Assembly: GCA_963727455.1 (NCBI GenBank)
Contig: CAVSGG010000012.1
Location: 64,001-128,000, forward strand
Direction of reading: 5' to 3'
Length of the DNA stretch: 64,000 bases
From: Candidatus Krumholzibacteriota bacterium
GTDB taxonomy: Bacteria; Krumholzibacteriota; Krumholzibacteriia; JAJRXK01
Shown here: positions 1 to 10,077 of the stretch, piece after piece
Layout of the letters: each line of letters opens with the position of its first letter
Numbering within the stretch: position 1 is the first letter of the stretch
Made by a program: the position numbers and the translations under genes
The notes under the pieces: generated by a model
What the model was told of the DNA's origin: nothing
Databases searched by the model: none
The model's input: the letters and a program-made list of their open reading frames with translations, nothing else

Positions 1-1188
1 GATGGCCAGAGTCGCCATGCCCATGGTGATGAACGTGATCGGCATCTTGCCCTTCAGGCCGCCCATGTGACGCATGTCCTGCTGGTGATGCAAGGCGGTA
101 ATCACCGAGCCTGCGCCAAGGAAGAGCAGCGCCTTGAAAAAGGCGTGGGTCATCACGTGGAAGATGCCAGATGCGTAAGCACCCACCCCGCAGGCCAGGA
201 ACATGTAGCCCAGCTGGGAAACGGTGGAATACGCCAGCACCTTTTTGATGTCGTTCTGGGTGAGGGCGATCGTCGCCGCCACGAGAGCGGTCAAGGCGCC
301 GATGACCGCCACCACTCCCATCGCAACCGAGGAAAGAGCGAACAGGAAGTTGAGCCGCGCCACCATGTACACACCGGCCGTAACCATGGTGGCCGCGTGG
401 ATCAGAGCCGAGACCGGAGTGGGACCGGCCATGGCGTCGGGCAGCCAGACGAAGAGCGGGATCTGCGCACTCTTGCCGGTGGCACCCATGAAGAGCAGCA
501 AGCCCACCGCGGTGGCCACCGGCGCGAGCAAGGCAGTGTGCTGCGCCAGAACCGTGAACGAAAAGAGGTTGGCCCCTCCGACATGTCCCCCCAGAGTGCG
601 CGCGATGAGCAGCATCCCCAACAGGAACCCGAAATCGCCCACGCGATTCACGAGGAAGGCCTTCTTTCCCGCGGCGCTGTTCATGAGATCCTCGAACCAG
701 AATCCGATGAGGAGATAGGAACAGAGCCCCACTCCTTCCCAACCCACGAACAAGAGCGGCAGATTGTCGGCCAGAACCAATATCAGCATCATCCCCACGA
801 AGAGATTCAGGTAGGAGAAGTACCGCTGAACGCCACGATCTCCCTTCATGTAACCGATGCTGTAGATGTGAATGAGGAAGGCTACTCCGGTGACGAAGAG
901 GATCATGACCACCGTGAGTTCATCCACCATGAACGAGACGTCGATCCGCAGATCGCCCACCGGAATCCACGCGTACACGAAATCGCTCAGCAGCCTCTCT
1001 CCGACGGGCAGGGCTCTGAGGTCGAAGAAAGCCTTGAGCGAGAGCAGGAAAGAACCCAGCACGGTCAGAGAGGCGATGCTGCCCGCGAAGACCCGCGGCA
1101 GTCGCCGGTTCAAGACACCGTTGATCGCCGCACCCGCTAGGGGCAGGAGCACGATGAAGCGCAAATACTCGGCCATGGTGGCGTGCAT
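1..1188 (-). CDS. nuoL: NADH-quinone oxidoreductase subunit L (3' end outside window)
   Basis: Manual translation from ATG 1188 gives MHATMAEYLRFIVLLPL...IHIYSIGYM...AFLVNRVGD...GKSAQIPLFVWLPDAMAGPTPVSALIHAATMVTAGVY; follows nuoK. Confidence 0.96.
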   Translation of the reverse strand, partial: MHATMAEYLRFIVLLPLAGAAINGVLNRRLPRVFAGSIASLTVLGSFLLSLKAFFDLRALPVGERLLSDFVYAWIPVGDLRIDVSFMVDELTVVMILFVTGVAFLIHIYSIGYMKGDRGVQRYFSYLNLFVGMMLILVLADNLPLLFVGWEGVGLCSYLLIGFWFEDLMNSAAGKKAFLVNRVGDFGFLLGMLLIARTLGGHVGGANLFSFTVLAQHTALLAPVATAVGLLLFMGATGKSAQIPLFVWLPDAMAGPTPVSALIHAATMVTAGVYMVARLNFLFALSSVAMGVVAVIGALTALVAATIALTQNDIKKVLAYSTVSQLGYMFLACGVGAYASGIFHVMTHAFFKALLFLGAGSVITALHHQQDMRHMGGLKGKMPITFITMGMATLAI

Positions 1189-1191
1189 GCT

Positions 1192-1497
1192 CTACTCCAT
1201 CAGTTGGCGGAAGTGATCGACGTCCACCGTGTCACGTTTGCGGAAGATCTCGACGAGGATCGCCAGTCCCACCGCTGCTTCGGCCGCCGCGACGGCAAGA
1301 ACGAAGAGCACCAGCACGTGCCCAGTGTGATCGCCCAGATAACGGCTAAAAGCCAGAATGCTGATGTTGGCCCCGGTGAGCATCAACTCGATCGACAGGA
1401 ACATCACCAGTGCGTTGCGCCGGAAGATCACCCCGGCCACGCCGATCGCGAACAAGAGTGCGGAGAGGATCAGGTAGTGATTCAGTCCGATCTGCAT
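1192..1497 (-). CDS. nuoK: NADH-quinone oxidoreductase subunit K
   Basis: LFAIGVAGVIFRRNALVMFLSIELML...VAAAEAAVGLA; start chosen at MQIGLNHY. Confidence 0.95.
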   Translation of the reverse strand: MQIGLNHYLILSALLFAIGVAGVIFRRNALVMFLSIELMLTGANISILAFSRYLGDHTGHVLVLFVLAVAAAEAAVGLAILVEIFRKRDTVDVDHFRQLME

Positions 1498-1498
1498 C

Positions 1499-2029
1499 TC
1501 AGGACTCCCCTCCCTTTCGCTGAGCTTTACCGGCCTTCGGATTCGACCCCTTGCGCGCGATGTAGACCGCACCAACGACCGCCACCAGGAGAAGTAAACC
1601 CGTCACCTCGAAGAGAAAGAGGTAGTCGACGAGTAGCTTTTGGCTGACCGCGTTCACTGTGCCATAGCTGGCCGCGACCGTGCCCATCTGCCGAGGGTCC
1701 CCCCCCACCAACTTCGCGAGAAGCGCGGTGAAGGCGAGCACTGTGACCACTGCCAAGATCGGCACCAGCTTACCGCGCGAGACCTTGATGCGACTGGAGT
1801 CTCCCAGGAACATGGTGACGAAGAGAAAGAACACCATGATCGCCCCGGCGTAGATCAGAACCTGGAGCACCGCGAGGAAGTGAGCCGTGAGGGTGGCAAA
1901 GATTCCGGCCACGTTCAAAAAGCACGCGATGAGCCAAAACACCGAGCTTACGGCGTCGCGCCGGGTAACCATGGCCAGAGCGCAGATCACTGACAGCGTG
2001 GCGAAAATGTAGAACATGACGGCATGCAT
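1499..2029 (-). CDS. nuoJ: NADH-quinone oxidoreductase subunit J
   Basis: AHFLAVLQVLIYAGAIMVFFLFVTM motif; operon position. Confidence 0.95.
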   Translation of the reverse strand: MHAVMFYIFATLSVICALAMVTRRDAVSSVFWLIACFLNVAGIFATLTAHFLAVLQVLIYAGAIMVFFLFVTMFLGDSSRIKVSRGKLVPILAVVTVLAFTALLAKLVGGDPRQMGTVAASYGTVNAVSQKLLVDYLFLFEVTGLLLLVAVVGAVYIARKGSNPKAGKAQRKGGES

Positions 2030-2550
2030 CAGGACTTCACCCCATCAGTGGTGTTGTTGAGCAGGAAGTCCAAATCGACCACGAACTTCTCGCGCGAGTC
2101 GGCGGCAATTTCGAAGATTCCGGTATCCATTCGAATCGCGTCGCATGGACACGCCTCCACGCACATGGCGCAGTAGACGCAGCGAAGGAGATCGATGTCA
2201 AAGGACTTGGGCCGTTTCTCCACGTCGTTGCGGTCGTCGGCCATGGCCACGATGTCGATGCAGTCGGCGGGGCACACCGTGGAACACATCTGGCAGGCCA
2301 CGCAACGCGGCGAACCATCTTCCCTCTTCATCAAGCGGTGCCGGCTGCGCAGCCACGGACCGTAGTTGGGTTTCTCATCGGGGTACTGCAGCGTGGGCAT
2401 CTCGCTCATGTGGAAAATGTTCGTCACGAGATGCCGTGCGGTGATGTACATCCCCTTCAGGATTTCCTTCAGGTACCAGATTTCCGCGCCGCGCATCTTC
2501 GCGCCGCGCCCTCCGGTCTTCGCTTCTGGTCCGTGGATCGAGTACGGCAT
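2029..2550 (-). CDS. nuoI: NADH-quinone oxidoreductase subunit I
   Basis: Two 4Fe-4S motifs, CVACQMCSTVCP and CVYCAMCVEACP; TLQYPDE. Confidence 0.95.
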   Translation of the reverse strand: MPYSIHGPEAKTGGRGAKMRGAEIWYLKEILKGMYITARHLVTNIFHMSEMPTLQYPDEKPNYGPWLRSRHRLMKREDGSPRCVACQMCSTVCPADCIDIVAMADDRNDVEKRPKSFDIDLLRCVYCAMCVEACPCDAIRMDTGIFEIAADSREKFVVDLDFLLNNTTDGVKS

Positions 2551-2562
2551 TGAGTCGGCCCC

Positions 2563-3846
2563 CTAAGAGTGACTCAGCAGCACGACGGCCGCGGTCACGA
2601 AGAAGTTCAAGAGGCCCAAAGGAAGCATGATCTTCCAACCGAGTTTCATGAGCTGATCGTAGCGGAAGCGGGGAAGCGTCCAGCGAACCCAGATGAAAAG
2701 CCAGGAGAAGAAGAGGGTCTTCACGATGAAGCTCCCCACCTGGACCACGGTGGCGAAGTTCGCCGCACCTTGGGCGCCCAGTTGCCAGGGAGAGGCCAAA
2801 AGCAAAAAGCCCAGGCACAACAGCCCCAGAAGGAAGAAGATCACTCCCAGAATCAGAGGCTCCAGCTCACGGCGATCCCCCAAGAGACCGCGCTCTCTCT
2901 CGAAGCGGCGCCACAAGAGAGCCGCGAAGAGAAAATTGAACGCGACTCCGAGGGAGAGAATCACCGTGAGCAGAATTCCCGCGTGTTCCCGCAGGGTGGC
3001 AGTACCCATCCAGGGAATCTGCCAACCTCCGAAATAGAGGCTCGCGATGAATCCAGCGGCGATGATCATGCTCGCGTATTCCGCCATGTAGAAGAGCGCG
3101 AACTTGAGGCTGCTATACTCCAGATGATAGCCCGCCACAAGCTCGCTCTCCCCCTCGGCCAAATCGAAGGGAGTGCGGTTCGCCTCGGCAAAGATCGAGA
3201 CCAAGAAGATGATGAAACCCAAAGGCTGCAGGACCACTCCCCAGCGAGGCAAGAAACCCCAGAGAAGTTGCCCCTGCTCCACGACCATGGCATCGACGCG
3301 GGTGGAGCCGTAGACCAGGAACAGGGCCAAAACGGCCAGCCCCATGTTGAGCTCGTAGGAAATCATCTGCGCGGTCGCGCGAATCCCGCCCAGGAAGGTG
3401 TACTTGTTGTTGGATGCCCAGCCGGCCAGCACGATGCCGTAGACCGACAAACTCGTGATGGCGAGTAGGTAGAGAATTCCCACGTCGAGATTCGCGATGC
3501 GCAGGGGAATCACCTTGTCGCCCAGATATAGAGCATCCCCAAAGGGAAGAATGGCGAAGGTGCACAGCGGAATCACCATCACCAAAAATGGAGCCAGGGC
3601 GAAGAAGAAACGATTCACTCCGGCCGGAATCAGATCTTCCTTGAAGATCAGCTTCAAGACGTCGGCCAGAGGATGGATGAGGCCCCCCAAGCGGATGACA
3701 CCGCCCAGACTCGCGCGGTTGGGTCCGATACGATCCTGGATGAAGGCCGACCCCTTGCGTTCGCCCCAGATCATGACCCCCAGAAGGCCCATGACAAAGG
3801 CCAGCATGAATCCAATCTTGGCCAGAGTCCAACCCAGATCAGCCAC
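2563..3846 (-). CDS. nuoH: NADH-quinone oxidoreductase subunit H (long form, 427 aa)
   Basis: ERKGSAFIQDRIGPNR, AEANRTPFDLAEGESELVAGY, WVRWTLPRFRYDQLM. Confidence 0.96.
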   Translation of the reverse strand: MADLGWTLAKIGFMLAFVMGLLGVMIWGERKGSAFIQDRIGPNRASLGGVIRLGGLIHPLADVLKLIFKEDLIPAGVNRFFFALAPFLVMVIPLCTFAILPFGDALYLGDKVIPLRIANLDVGILYLLAITSLSVYGIVLAGWASNNKYTFLGGIRATAQMISYELNMGLAVLALFLVYGSTRVDAMVVEQGQLLWGFLPRWGVVLQPLGFIIFLVSIFAEANRTPFDLAEGESELVAGYHLEYSSLKFALFYMAEYASMIIAAGFIASLYFGGWQIPWMGTATLREHAGILLTVILSLGVAFNFLFAALLWRRFERERGLLGDRRELEPLILGVIFFLLGLLCLGFLLLASPWQLGAQGAANFATVVQVGSFIVKTLFFSWLFIWVRWTLPRFRYDQLMKLGWKIMLPLGLLNFFVTAAVVLLSHS

Positions 3847-5431
3847 GCTCCACCTCCTCTACTCCGGCACCTTCGGTGAGCGAGACACCCTCTGGGGGAA
3901 TTCCCCCCGCGATCGCGGCGAACTCGGCCAATCGCGCCGACAGTTCGCTCAGCAGATCGTGTTGTGCGCGCCAGGTGGGAGCATGCCCAAAGACCTCAGC
4001 CATCCGCGCGATCAAGAGCCAGTCTTCCTCGGACTGTGGGGGACCGTCGATGGCCTTGTGCAGAGACTGCGCGCGCCGGTCCTTGTTGACGATCGTCCCC
4101 TCCTTCTCCGCGTAGGATCTGCCCGCCAGAACGAAGTCGGCAAGTTCGGAGGTGAGATTCTCGCGGCAACCCAGGTAGACCACCAGGCCGAAGTTCTGAA
4201 GAGCTTCCACAGCCGCCGGATCGAGAGCGACCAGGTCGTTCTCCAGGACGACGAGCAGGGTCTCCTTCGACGCAGCCTGAGCCAGATCCTGTGCGCTGAA
4301 ATCCGAATAGCCCAAGAGGCGCGCGCCGGCGTCGTTGGGGGTACGGTCGGCCGAGAGCAGGAACTCGTCGCCTCTGTCCATCTCGCTGCCCACCAGGCGA
4401 TGTCCCAGGATGGTCCCCCCCACCGCGTCCTGGAGCAGGGACTTTAGCGCATGAAGTTCCTCCAGGGTCGCGTGTGGACTTCCCACCAACACCAGTTTCT
4501 TGCCTTCACCCAGCGCCTCGGCGCGCCCCTTCAACTGATTCCACAGATGGTCCCAGCCCACCGGCAGCTGCTGATCCCCATCCTTGAGCTTCGGTTCGAG
4601 CAAACGGTCTTCGCCCTGAACGCTGCGATAGAGGAGCCGGCCGTGGTCACACATCCAGTAGTCGTTGACTTCAAGGTTCTCGCGCGGCTGCTGCCGGTAG
4701 AGACGGCCCTCGGCGTGACCGATGATCATGTTGCAACCAGTCGCGCAACCGGGGCAGACACTCTCGGTGTTCTTCAGCCAGTACACGCGCTTTTCGAAAC
4801 GGAAATCGCGGCTGGTCAAAGCACCCACGGGACAGATGTCGACGACGTTCAAACTGTAGTCGTTGTCCAGGGTCAGACCGGGCGCAAGACCGATCTCGCT
4901 GTGATCGCCCCGGTTGAAGATTCCCATTTCGTCGGTCTTGGTGAGATGATGGGTAAACCTGGTACAGCGCGCGCAGAGTACGCAACGCTCCGCGTCCAGC
5001 ATCACCAAGGGACCGATGGGCTGCACCTTGCGCTTGGCCAGCTTGTCCCCCACCTCGATGTCCGCCTCGTAGAGGCCGTACTTCATGTACTGATTCTGCA
5101 GCGCGCACTCGCCAACCTGATCGCAGATGGGACAGTCGACGGGATGGTGTAAGAGGTGGAAACCCAGGATCTGGCGTACGGTGTTCTGTACGCGTTCGGT
5201 GCGTGTGTTCACCACCATGCCGTCGCGCACGGTGGAGTTGCAGGCGATCTGCAATTTGGGCACGCCCTCGATTTCCACCTGGCACATGCGGCAGACTCCG
5301 ACCACGGGGAGTCCGGGGTGGTAACAGAAATGAGGCAGCTTCTCTCCGCCCCGGGCGATGGTGCAGGCTTCGAAGAGGTTCATCCCCTCCTCGAATTCCC
5401 ATTCCTTGCCGTCGATGGTGATCTTCGCCAC
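3839..5431 (-). CDS. nuoG: NADH-quinone oxidoreductase subunit G (short form, 530 aa)
   Basis: FCYH..GVCRMC, HPVDCPICDQVGEC, CVLCARC, CPGCATGC Fe-S motifs. Confidence 0.93.
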   Translation of the reverse strand: MAKITIDGKEWEFEEGMNLFEACTIARGGEKLPHFCYHPGLPVVGVCRMCQVEIEGVPKLQIACNSTVRDGMVVNTRTERVQNTVRQILGFHLLHHPVDCPICDQVGECALQNQYMKYGLYEADIEVGDKLAKRKVQPIGPLVMLDAERCVLCARCTRFTHHLTKTDEMGIFNRGDHSEIGLAPGLTLDNDYSLNVVDICPVGALTSRDFRFEKRVYWLKNTESVCPGCATGCNMIIGHAEGRLYRQQPRENLEVNDYWMCDHGRLLYRSVQGEDRLLEPKLKDGDQQLPVGWDHLWNQLKGRAEALGEGKKLVLVGSPHATLEELHALKSLLQDAVGGTILGHRLVGSEMDRGDEFLLSADRTPNDAGARLLGYSDFSAQDLAQAASKETLLVVLENDLVALDPAAVEALQNFGLVVYLGCRENLTSELADFVLAGRSYAEKEGTIVNKDRRAQSLHKAIDGPPQSEEDWLLIARMAEVFGHAPTWRAQHDLLSELSARLAEFAAIAGGIPPEGVSLTEGAGVEEVERG

Positions 5432-5440
5432 GTGCTTCTC

Positions 5441-6757
5441 CTAGCCCCGGTCCTCTGCGGCCCGAGCGGTGGGCACGAAATCCTCCGGCTCCTCCCCCTT
5501 GGGGAGAAGCGCCTCGAATTCGTCGCGGAACTTGCTGATGAAACTGCGCGCGGGCATGACCGCGGCATCCGAGAGAACGCAGATCGTCGTGCCCATCATG
5601 TTTCCACAGAGTCTCTCGATGAGCTCGAGATCCTTGGGCCGACCCTGACCTTCGAGCATTCGCTTTAGAATCATGTCGAGCCAGCCAGTTCCCTCCCGGC
5701 AGGGTGTGCACTGCCCACAGCTTTCGTGGTGGTAGAACTGGAGCACGACTTTCAAAATTTCGGGCATCTTGGCGTCATCGCCGATCACGATGCACCCTCC
5801 GGAACCGAGCATGGTACCCAACTGTGAGAGCGACTCGTAGTCGAGCATCGCCGCCATCGTCTCTTCTGCATTGAGTATGGGGACCGAGGAACCACCAGGG
5901 ATGCAGGCCTTCAGTTCGACGCCGGGCAACATTCCCTGGCCGAAGTCCTGCCCGAAAATGAGCTCGCGCAAGGGCAGACCCAAGGGAACTTCGTAGACCC
6001 CGGGACGTTTCACCGGCCCACTCAAGCTGAACAACTTGGTTCCGGGACTCTTTTCGGTCCCGATGGCTCGGTAAGCGTCCGCGCCGTTCTGGAGGATCCA
6101 CGGAACCGAGGCCAGGGTTTCCACGTTGTTCACCACGGTCGGTGAATCCAGAAATCCCACCACGGCCGGGAAGGGTGGCTTGATGCGCGGTTGCCCCTTC
6201 TTCCCTTCGAGACTGTTGATGAGACCGGTTTCCTCACCGCAAATGTAGGCGCCCGCGCCCTTGTGCACGATGACTTCCAGCTTGTAGCCGGTACCGAGAA
6301 TGTCCTCACCCAAAAGATTCGCCTCGTAGGCCTCGTCCACTGCCTTCTGCACGCGATCGACGAGCCAGCCATACTCGCCACGAATGTAGATGAAGGCATC
6401 GTGGCAATTCACCGCGTAAGACGAGATGATGATGCCTTCGATCATCTTGTGAGGATCGTAGTCGAGAATGTCGCGGTCCTTGAAAGTCCCGGGCTCGGAT
6501 TCGTCCGCGTTGACCAGCAGATAGACCGGCTTCTTGGAGTCCTTGGGAACGAATCCCCACTTGACGCCGGTGGGAAATCCCGCCCCGCCCCTCCCGCGCA
6601 GTCCGCTGTCCTTCACCACGCTCACGACTTCTTCGGCCTTCATCGTCTTGAGCGCCTTCTCGGCCGCCGCATAACCGCCACGAGAACGGTAGACCGAAAG
6701 GGTATGACTGTCCGGCACTCCCATGTTGTCCAGCAGGATTTTCGGGTAGTCACTCAC
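5441..6757 (-). CDS. nuoF: NADH-quinone oxidoreductase subunit F
   Basis: GLRGRGGAGFPTG, NADESEPGTFKDR, GAGAYICGEET, ESCGQCTPCREG. Confidence 0.97.
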   Translation of the reverse strand: MSDYPKILLDNMGVPDSHTLSVYRSRGGYAAAEKALKTMKAEEVVSVVKDSGLRGRGGAGFPTGVKWGFVPKDSKKPVYLLVNADESEPGTFKDRDILDYDPHKMIEGIIISSYAVNCHDAFIYIRGEYGWLVDRVQKAVDEAYEANLLGEDILGTGYKLEVIVHKGAGAYICGEETGLINSLEGKKGQPRIKPPFPAVVGFLDSPTVVNNVETLASVPWILQNGADAYRAIGTEKSPGTKLFSLSGPVKRPGVYEVPLGLPLRELIFGQDFGQGMLPGVELKACIPGGSSVPILNAEETMAAMLDYESLSQLGTMLGSGGCIVIGDDAKMPEILKVVLQFYHHESCGQCTPCREGTGWLDMILKRMLEGQGRPKDLELIERLCGNMMGTTICVLSDAAVMPARSFISKFRDEFEALLPKGEEPEDFVPTARAAEDRG

Positions 6758-7310
6758 TCTGATCCCACTCCTCGATGAGCGCGTCCACTTTCTCCACCGT
6801 GAGATTTTCGTAGAAATGATCTCCGACCTGCATCATGGGCCCGTAGCCGCACGCGCCGAGACACTCGACCTCTTCCATACGCCACTTTCCGTCCGCCGAA
6901 GTTTCGTTCGCCTCGACTCCCAGCCGGTCCTTGATGTGGTCGATGATCTTGCGCGCTCCCATGAGATGGCAGCTGATGTTACGGCAGACCTGGAGGTTGT
7001 GCCGACCCGGGTCCTCGGTGTAGTACATCGTGTAGAAGCTGATGAGCTCGTACACACGGGTCACCGGAACCTCCAGGCGCTGCGCCACCCACTCCGGGAT
7101 TCCCGGTCTCAGCCATCCCCACTCCGCCTGGCACAGCCAGAGCGTGGGCATGATCGCGCTGTAGGGAGTGGGATAGCGCCGCACGAGTTCCTGGAACTTC
7201 TCTTCCCGCTCCGCACTGAAGGCGAAGGGGCTCTCGCTCTGCGGCGCTTCGGGGCTCTCGAGCTCAGCCGCGCCCTCGACGCCCTCGCTCGCTTGCTGGT
7301 TCTCGTTCAT
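6750..7310 (-). CDS. nuoE: NADH-quinone oxidoreductase subunit E
   Basis: CRNISC...ECLGAC 2Fe-2S motif; start at MNENQQ overlapping the nuoD stop. Confidence 0.94.
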   Translation of the reverse strand: MNENQQASEGVEGAAELESPEAPQSESPFAFSAEREEKFQELVRRYPTPYSAIMPTLWLCQAEWGWLRPGIPEWVAQRLEVPVTRVYELISFYTMYYTEDPGRHNLQVCRNISCHLMGARKIIDHIKDRLGVEANETSADGKWRMEEVECLGACGYGPMMQVGDHFYENLTVEKVDALIEEWDQSE

Positions 7311-9059
7311 CGATCCAACTCTCCGGCGACGATATTCAATCCGCCCAGGATGGCGATGGCGTCGGGCACCATCAGGCCCTGGACGAGGGTGGGAAAGGAC
7401 GAAAAGATGGGAAAGCACGGCGGCCGGACCTTGATCCGGTAGGGATGCCCCGAACCATCACTCACGCAATAGAATCCGAGTTCGCCGTTGGCCGCCTCGG
7501 TGAAACCGTAGCCCTCGCCTGCGGGAACCTGGATACCCTCGAAGATGATCTTGAAGTGATTCATCATCCCCTCGATCGAGTTGTACACCTCGTCCTTGGG
7601 GGGCAGCACACAGCGGCGGTCATCGGCTTGAACCGGACCCTGCGGTAGCTTTTCCAAAGCCTGGCGGATGATGGAGATCGACTGGTAGATCTCCTCGACG
7701 CGCACCATGATACGGTCGTAGGCGTCGCCGTTCTCACCAATGGGGATGTCGAAATCGTAGTTCTCGTAGCCGGAATAGGGGAAGGCTTTGCGCACGTCGT
7801 AGGCCACTCCGGTGGCACGCAGACACGGTCCGGTGTAGCCCCAACTCAGAGCATCCTTCTCGCTGATCGCACCGATGCCGACAGTACGATCCATGAGAAT
7901 CCGGTTGCGCTGCACCAGACCCATCATGTCGGAGACGCCCTTCTCGACCTTGGGCAGGGCATTCAGGAGATCGTTTTCGAATCCCTCGTAGAGATCGCGG
8001 TAGAGCCCGCCGATGCGGGTGTAGCTCGTCGTGAGTCTCTCGCCGCACAGGCGCTCCACGATGTTGTTGAAGTACTCGCGCGCATTCCAGGTGTACCAGT
8101 AGTTGGTCAGTGCTCCGATGTCCACCAGGTTGGTGCCGGTGGCCACGAGATGATCCATGATGCGACCCATCTCGCTGACGATGACGCGGATGGCCTGTGC
8201 GCGCGGGGGAATCTCCACCCCCAGGAGCTTTTCCACCGCCAAGACGTAGCCCACGTTGTTCGTGAGGGCGCTCACGTAATTCAAACGATCGGTATAGGGG
8301 ATCACCTGGTGCCAGGTGTGATCTTCGGCCTCTTTCTCGAAGCAGCGGTGCAGATAGCCAATCTCCGCCTTCCCGTGCACGATCGTCTCGCCGTCCAGTA
8401 CCGCCTCGATGCGCAGAGCGCCGTGCGTGGCGGGATGACTGGGTCCGATGTTCACCGGGAGGTAGTCGGAGTGCATTTCGTCGCTGAATTCCCCTCCGAG
8501 CGTGCCTTCCCATCCTCCTTCGGTGCCCCACTGTCCTTTGTGGGAGGACTCACGGCCGGGAAGTATCTCCTCGTCGGAAAGGAGCTTCTCGACCGTGTAG
8601 CACATTTGCCCCTTTCCGATGGGGTAGTCCTTACGCAGCGCATTGCCTTTGAACTCGTGGTGGCAGAGGATGCGCCGCAAATCGGGATGATCGGAAAACT
8701 TCACCCCGTACATGTCGAAGACTTCACGCTCGTGCCAGTTGGCCGAATTGTAGAGACCGGTGGCACTGGGAACGGTTCTCGTCCTCGTTCACGCGGGTCC
8801 GCACGCGAATGCGGTGGCCCTTCTCGATACTGCGCAGGTTGTAGATCACCTCGAAGCGCTTCTCGCGCTGCGGAAAATCTACCCCGACGACATCCAGAAG
8901 GAGATTGCAGTCGCACTGTGAATCGTCACGCAAGAAGCGCAAAACTTCGGGGAGGTCCTGGGGAGCGACATCGACGCTGCTGTCTCCGAGAGCTTCGCTT
9001 TGGCCCAAGATCTTCTCGCCAAACTGCTCCTGGACGCGCTCAGACAGTCTTCTGGACAC
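7307..9059 (-). CDS. nuoCD: NADH-quinone oxidoreductase fused subunit C/D (one frameshift near 8776, probable sequencing error)
   Basis: The NuoC part (RFEVIYNL) continues after a 1-nt shift as VPSATGLYNSANWHEREVFDMYG...LRRIL, then runs without a stop into NuoD (NIGPSHPATHGALR, GYLHRCFEK, GELDR). Confidence 0.92.
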
Positions 9060-9546
9060 GGTGACGCTCCTTGGCGGCCTTTACACCTTCGCGTTCGATC
9101 TTCTTTTGGAGTTGCACCAGAGCACCCAGCAAATTCTCTGGAGTGGGCGGACATCCCGCAACGTAGAGATCGGTGGGAATCACGCGGTCGATTCCCTGCA
9201 GCGTGCCGTAATTGTTATAGAAGCCCCCCGAGCTAGCACACACCCCCATGGCGATTACCCACTTGGGTTCGGCCATCTGCTCGTAGATGCGCTTGAGAAT
9301 CGGCGCCTGCTTGTAGGAAATCGTTCCCGCCACCAGCAGGAGATCACTCTGCCTGGGACTGAAACGAATGGCTTCGGCACCGAAGCGCGACACGTCGCTC
9401 ATCGATCCCACGACACCCATGAACTCGATGGCGCAACACGCCGTGCCGAAGGGCATGGGCCACAGACTGTACTTTCTGCCCCAATTCAGCGCGTGACGAA
9501 GACTCGTGGTGATGTAGTTCGAAGGATGGTCGAGACTCACTCCCAT
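9040..9546 (-). CDS. nuoB: NADH-quinone oxidoreductase subunit B
   Basis: SLWPMPFGTACCAIE, SPRQSD, GCPPTPE. Confidence 0.96.
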   Translation of the reverse strand: MGVSLDHPSNYITTSLRHALNWGRKYSLWPMPFGTACCAIEFMGVVGSMSDVSRFGAEAIRFSPRQSDLLLVAGTISYKQAPILKRIYEQMAEPKWVIAMGVCASSGGFYNNYGTLQGIDRVIPTDLYVAGCPPTPENLLGALVQLQKKIEREGVKAAKERHRVQKTV

Positions 9547-9905
9547 TCCAAAGCCCCCTTCTTCCATTCGTAGAGAAGTCCCACCACTAGGAGTACGAAA
9601 AACGCACTCATCGCAAGAAAGAGCTTCAGGCCCACGCCCATCGCGACGAAAGAGCGAAAGTTGAGCGCCCACGGCACGAGAAATACCGTTTCCAGGTCGA
9701 AGAGCAAGAAGAGGAGGGCCACCACGTAGAAGCGCACGAAGAAGCGGACTTTGGTGGTGCCCCGGCTGGGAACCCCGCACTCGTAGGTCGTCTGTTTCCC
9801 GGGCGTGGGGTTGCTCGGGCCCAGGAGCCTGGAGAGCAAAAGGAACAACAGACTGAATCCGGTCGCGATGATCACTACCAAGAGAATCGGAAAGTAGTCG
9901 TTCAT
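9537..9905 (-). CDS. nuoA: NADH-quinone oxidoreductase subunit A
   Basis: YECG, FYVVALLFLLFDLETVFL, YEWKKGALEWE. Confidence 0.96.
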   Translation of the reverse strand: MNDYFPILLVVIIATGFSLLFLLLSRLLGPSNPTPGKQTTYECGVPSRGTTKVRFFVRFYVVALLFLLFDLETVFLVPWALNFRSFVAMGVGLKLFLAMSAFFVLLVVGLLYEWKKGALEWE

Positions 9906-10015
9906 CGAGAACACACTCCGTCAGCCGTGGGGAGGGGAGCCGGTTGCAGGGGCGCGCCCAAGCCCTTCCCCCGGCCAAAATCTACCGATGCAGCGCTAGG
10001 TGCTTGCGGGGCGCA

Positions 10016-10044
10016 AAGCTATACATCATACAGAAGGAAGTCAA
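10016..10044 (-). promoter_or_regulatory. Candidate sigma70 promoter for nuo operon
   Basis: Minus strand TTGACT-17 nt-TAGCTT about 110 nt upstream of nuoA, in a locally AT-richer spot. Confidence 0.5.
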
Positions 10045-10077
10045 CCGAAGCCCCCCGCCCCCAAAGAGCCCCCGCGC

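Noticed and set aside
9925-9977. GC-rich inverted repeat in the nuoA leader
   Set aside because: Imperfect and expected by chance at this GC content; no known RNA motif recognised.
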